Assembly (NCBI GenBank): GCA_039030515.1
Contig: JBCCEA010000030.1
Coordinates: forward strand, 1 to 47,268
Length of the DNA: 47,268 nucleotides
Reading direction: 5' to 3'
DNA from: Myxococcota bacterium
Lineage (GTDB): Bacteria; Myxococcota_A; Polyangia; Polyangiales; Houyiibacteriaceae
Part shown: positions 45,650 to 47,268 of the stretch, one piece after another
How positions within the stretch are numbered: the first letter of the stretch is position 1
Layout of the letters: every line of letters starts with the position of its first letter
Position numbers and translations under genes: made by a program
The notes under the pieces: generated by a model
The model's database searches: none
Told to the model about the DNA's origin: nothing
Seen by the model: only the letters and a program-made list of their open reading frames with translations

Positions 45650-46804
45650 TTACTCGGGCGTGGCTTCAGGGCACGGTGCTGTAGGAAGCACGATGGCAAT
45701 ATGCGCCCCGCCGAGTTCAGAACTCCGGATCTCGATGCTGCCGTCCTCGTTCTCGACAAGTTTGCGTGCAATCGAGAGACCGAGTCCGCATCCTTCAGCT
45801 TTGGTTGTAAAGTAGGGTCGAAGAACGTTCTCGCGCTGATGCACGGGAATACCGATACCCGAGTCTTCTACGTCAATCTGTAGTTGATCGGTTCTTGGTC
45901 CGTCTGATACCGAGATGCGAATGCGCCCGTGTTTGTCATCACTCAGGGCTTGTCGAGCGTTGATGAGCAGGTTCATCAGCACCTGACCAAGTGTGCTCTC
46001 TTCCATATACGTGCAGATTACCCGATCGGCCTGAACCTCTAGGGTCGCTGCCTGTTCAATTTCTGTTCGAGCAATTCGAGCCGTGGATCGAACGATTTCG
46101 CTGGCATTGACCGCCATCTTTTTTGCAATTTGATCCCCTCGGCGAGTTCGAAGACGTGTTGACATCTGCCGCAGCTGTTCGACGCCGTCTCCTGCATCAC
46201 GCTGGGTCTGCCTTGCGGATTCGACCAGAGACTTGATCTTCGCTGGATCACTCGCGTTTTCAAGAACCTCGTCCATCATTTTACCCACCTCATCGACAAG
46301 GCCGGAGAGTCCAGCTAGGTAGTTGCTCAGTTCGTGAGCGAGTTCATCCTGGACAGCATCGACAGCTTGACGTGGTCCTGATGTGGCCAAATCCAACGTC
46401 AAGGCACTGTGCCTTCTCTGTGAACGAAAGAGGTCGATAGCGCTGGAAATAGCCTCGACGAGTTCTTCCTCCTGGAACGGCTTTGCAATGTAATGACTGA
46501 CATGTCCGAGATTGATCGCAGCGATGGCATCTTGAACGTCGGCGTAGGCTGTCAGTATGATTCGGATGACACGGGGCTTCATGTCCCGCACTCGGGCGCA
46601 AAGCTCTACTCCGGTCATCCCCGGCATGCGCTGATCGGTGAGTAGGACCGCTACCTCCTCGGTTTTGAGGAGCTCGATTGCCTTTTCGCCAGAGTCGGCG
46701 GTAAGGACCCGAAACTTTCCGTCAAGTGAGTACTTCAGCGTTAGCAGGTTCGCTGCTTCGTCGTCGACGTACAAAATAGGGTACGACAGCTGCTCACTTG
46801 CCAT
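45650..46804 (-). CDS. Hybrid REC-histidine kinase
   Basis: ILYVDDE, LTDQRMPGM, KPF, AHELSN H-box, NLLINA, DSGIGI, FTTK..G.GLGL. Confidence 0.92.
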   Translation of the reverse strand: MASEQLSYPILYVDDEAANLLTLKYSLDGKFRVLTADSGEKAIELLKTEEVAVLLTDQRMPGMTGVELCARVRDMKPRVIRIILTAYADVQDAIAAINLGHVSHYIAKPFQEEELVEAISSAIDLFRSQRRHSALTLDLATSGPRQAVDAVQDELAHELSNYLAGLSGLVDEVGKMMDEVLENASDPAKIKSLVESARQTQRDAGDGVEQLRQMSTRLRTRRGDQIAKKMAVNASEIVRSTARIARTEIEQAATLEVQADRVICTYMEESTLGQVLMNLLINARQALSDDKHGRIRISVSDGPRTDQLQIDVEDSGIGIPVHQRENVLRPYFTTKAEGCGLGLSIARKLVENEDGSIEIRSSELGGAHIAIVLPTAPCPEATPE

Positions 46805-47040
46805 AAAAGAGAAGTCTAACAGACAAACTGGAGTTGTTGCTCAAACTTCAGACAAAACGTGATTCGGGTTGCCGGAGCCGCGAACCTCTGACTGCCGGTT
46901 CGAAATCCCGAAGGCAGGTCGTTGGCAACGTGACGGCGAGGCTCAGAGACGACGCCGGGGGAAAGTGTTTCGCCGCGCCTGGCGGTGAGAACGGCCTCAT
47001 GACGATAAGAAGCGGAGGTCCTAGTTCCCTGTCATCACAA

Positions 47041-47268
47041 CGTTCCCTCTACATCACAAGTCATCGGGCGAGTGCGACGATGCTCGCAAAATGAATCCGA
47101 GACCATTGGAAGATAGAGAATCAACTTCACCACTGTCTTGATGTGACGTTTGGCGAAGATCGAAGAGGCATTCGCAAGAAAAACGGAGCACAGAACTTCG
47201 CTCTCATCAACCGATATGCGGTCAGTATTCTTGAAATGCGACCCTGTCAAAATGAGTGTAGCGATGAA
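47041..47268 (+). pseudogene. ISAs1-family transposase C-terminal remnant (in-frame stop, probable frameshift), running off the window
   Basis: Reads RSLYITSH...LAK*IRDHWKIENQLHHCLDVTFGED.R.IRK.NGAQNFALI, matching the ISAs1 IR.HW.IEN.LH..LDV.F.ED motif. TGA at 47092-47094. Confidence 0.8.

Noticed and set aside
344..46804. Numerous short antisense or overlapping ORFs in the six-frame track
   Set aside because: They lie within well-supported genes and show no motifs, as expected for shadow ORFs in GC-rich DNA.

Overview
Bacterial chromosomal window, most likely from a Myxococcota/deltaproteobacterial lineage. That placement is an inference from a MYXO-CTERM-sorted nidogen/Cys-rich surface protein, two Hanks-type Ser/Thr kinases and an SNF2 ATPase. 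The left part (1-30 kb) holds housekeeping genes (astB, pckA, pyrD, mutM, tyrA, topB) and signalling genes (REC-Ser/Thr kinase, Hpt-REC-REC-GGDEF, REC, PAS histidine kinase). It also has several damaged loci: a probably frameshifted BpsA/DUF43-like gene, a 5'-truncated fibrinogen-like domain gene, and a Calx-beta-like lipoprotein broken by two micro-duplications and an IS3 element with an adjacent deletion. The right part (30-47 kb, all minus strand) is an apparently intact flagellar cluster: hybrid kinase, PomA/PomB-like motA-motB, a degenerate GGDEF protein, a sigma54 activator, then flgB-flgC-fliE-F-G-H-I-J-K-flgD-flgE. A hierarchical ~370 bp tandem-repeat array lies in the enhancer zone upstream of a sigma54 promoter for flgB. 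The window starts inside REP-like palindromic repeats and ends in an ISAs1 transposase remnant. No rRNA, tRNA or CRISPR array was recognised. All calls come from motif recognition by eye, with no database searches.
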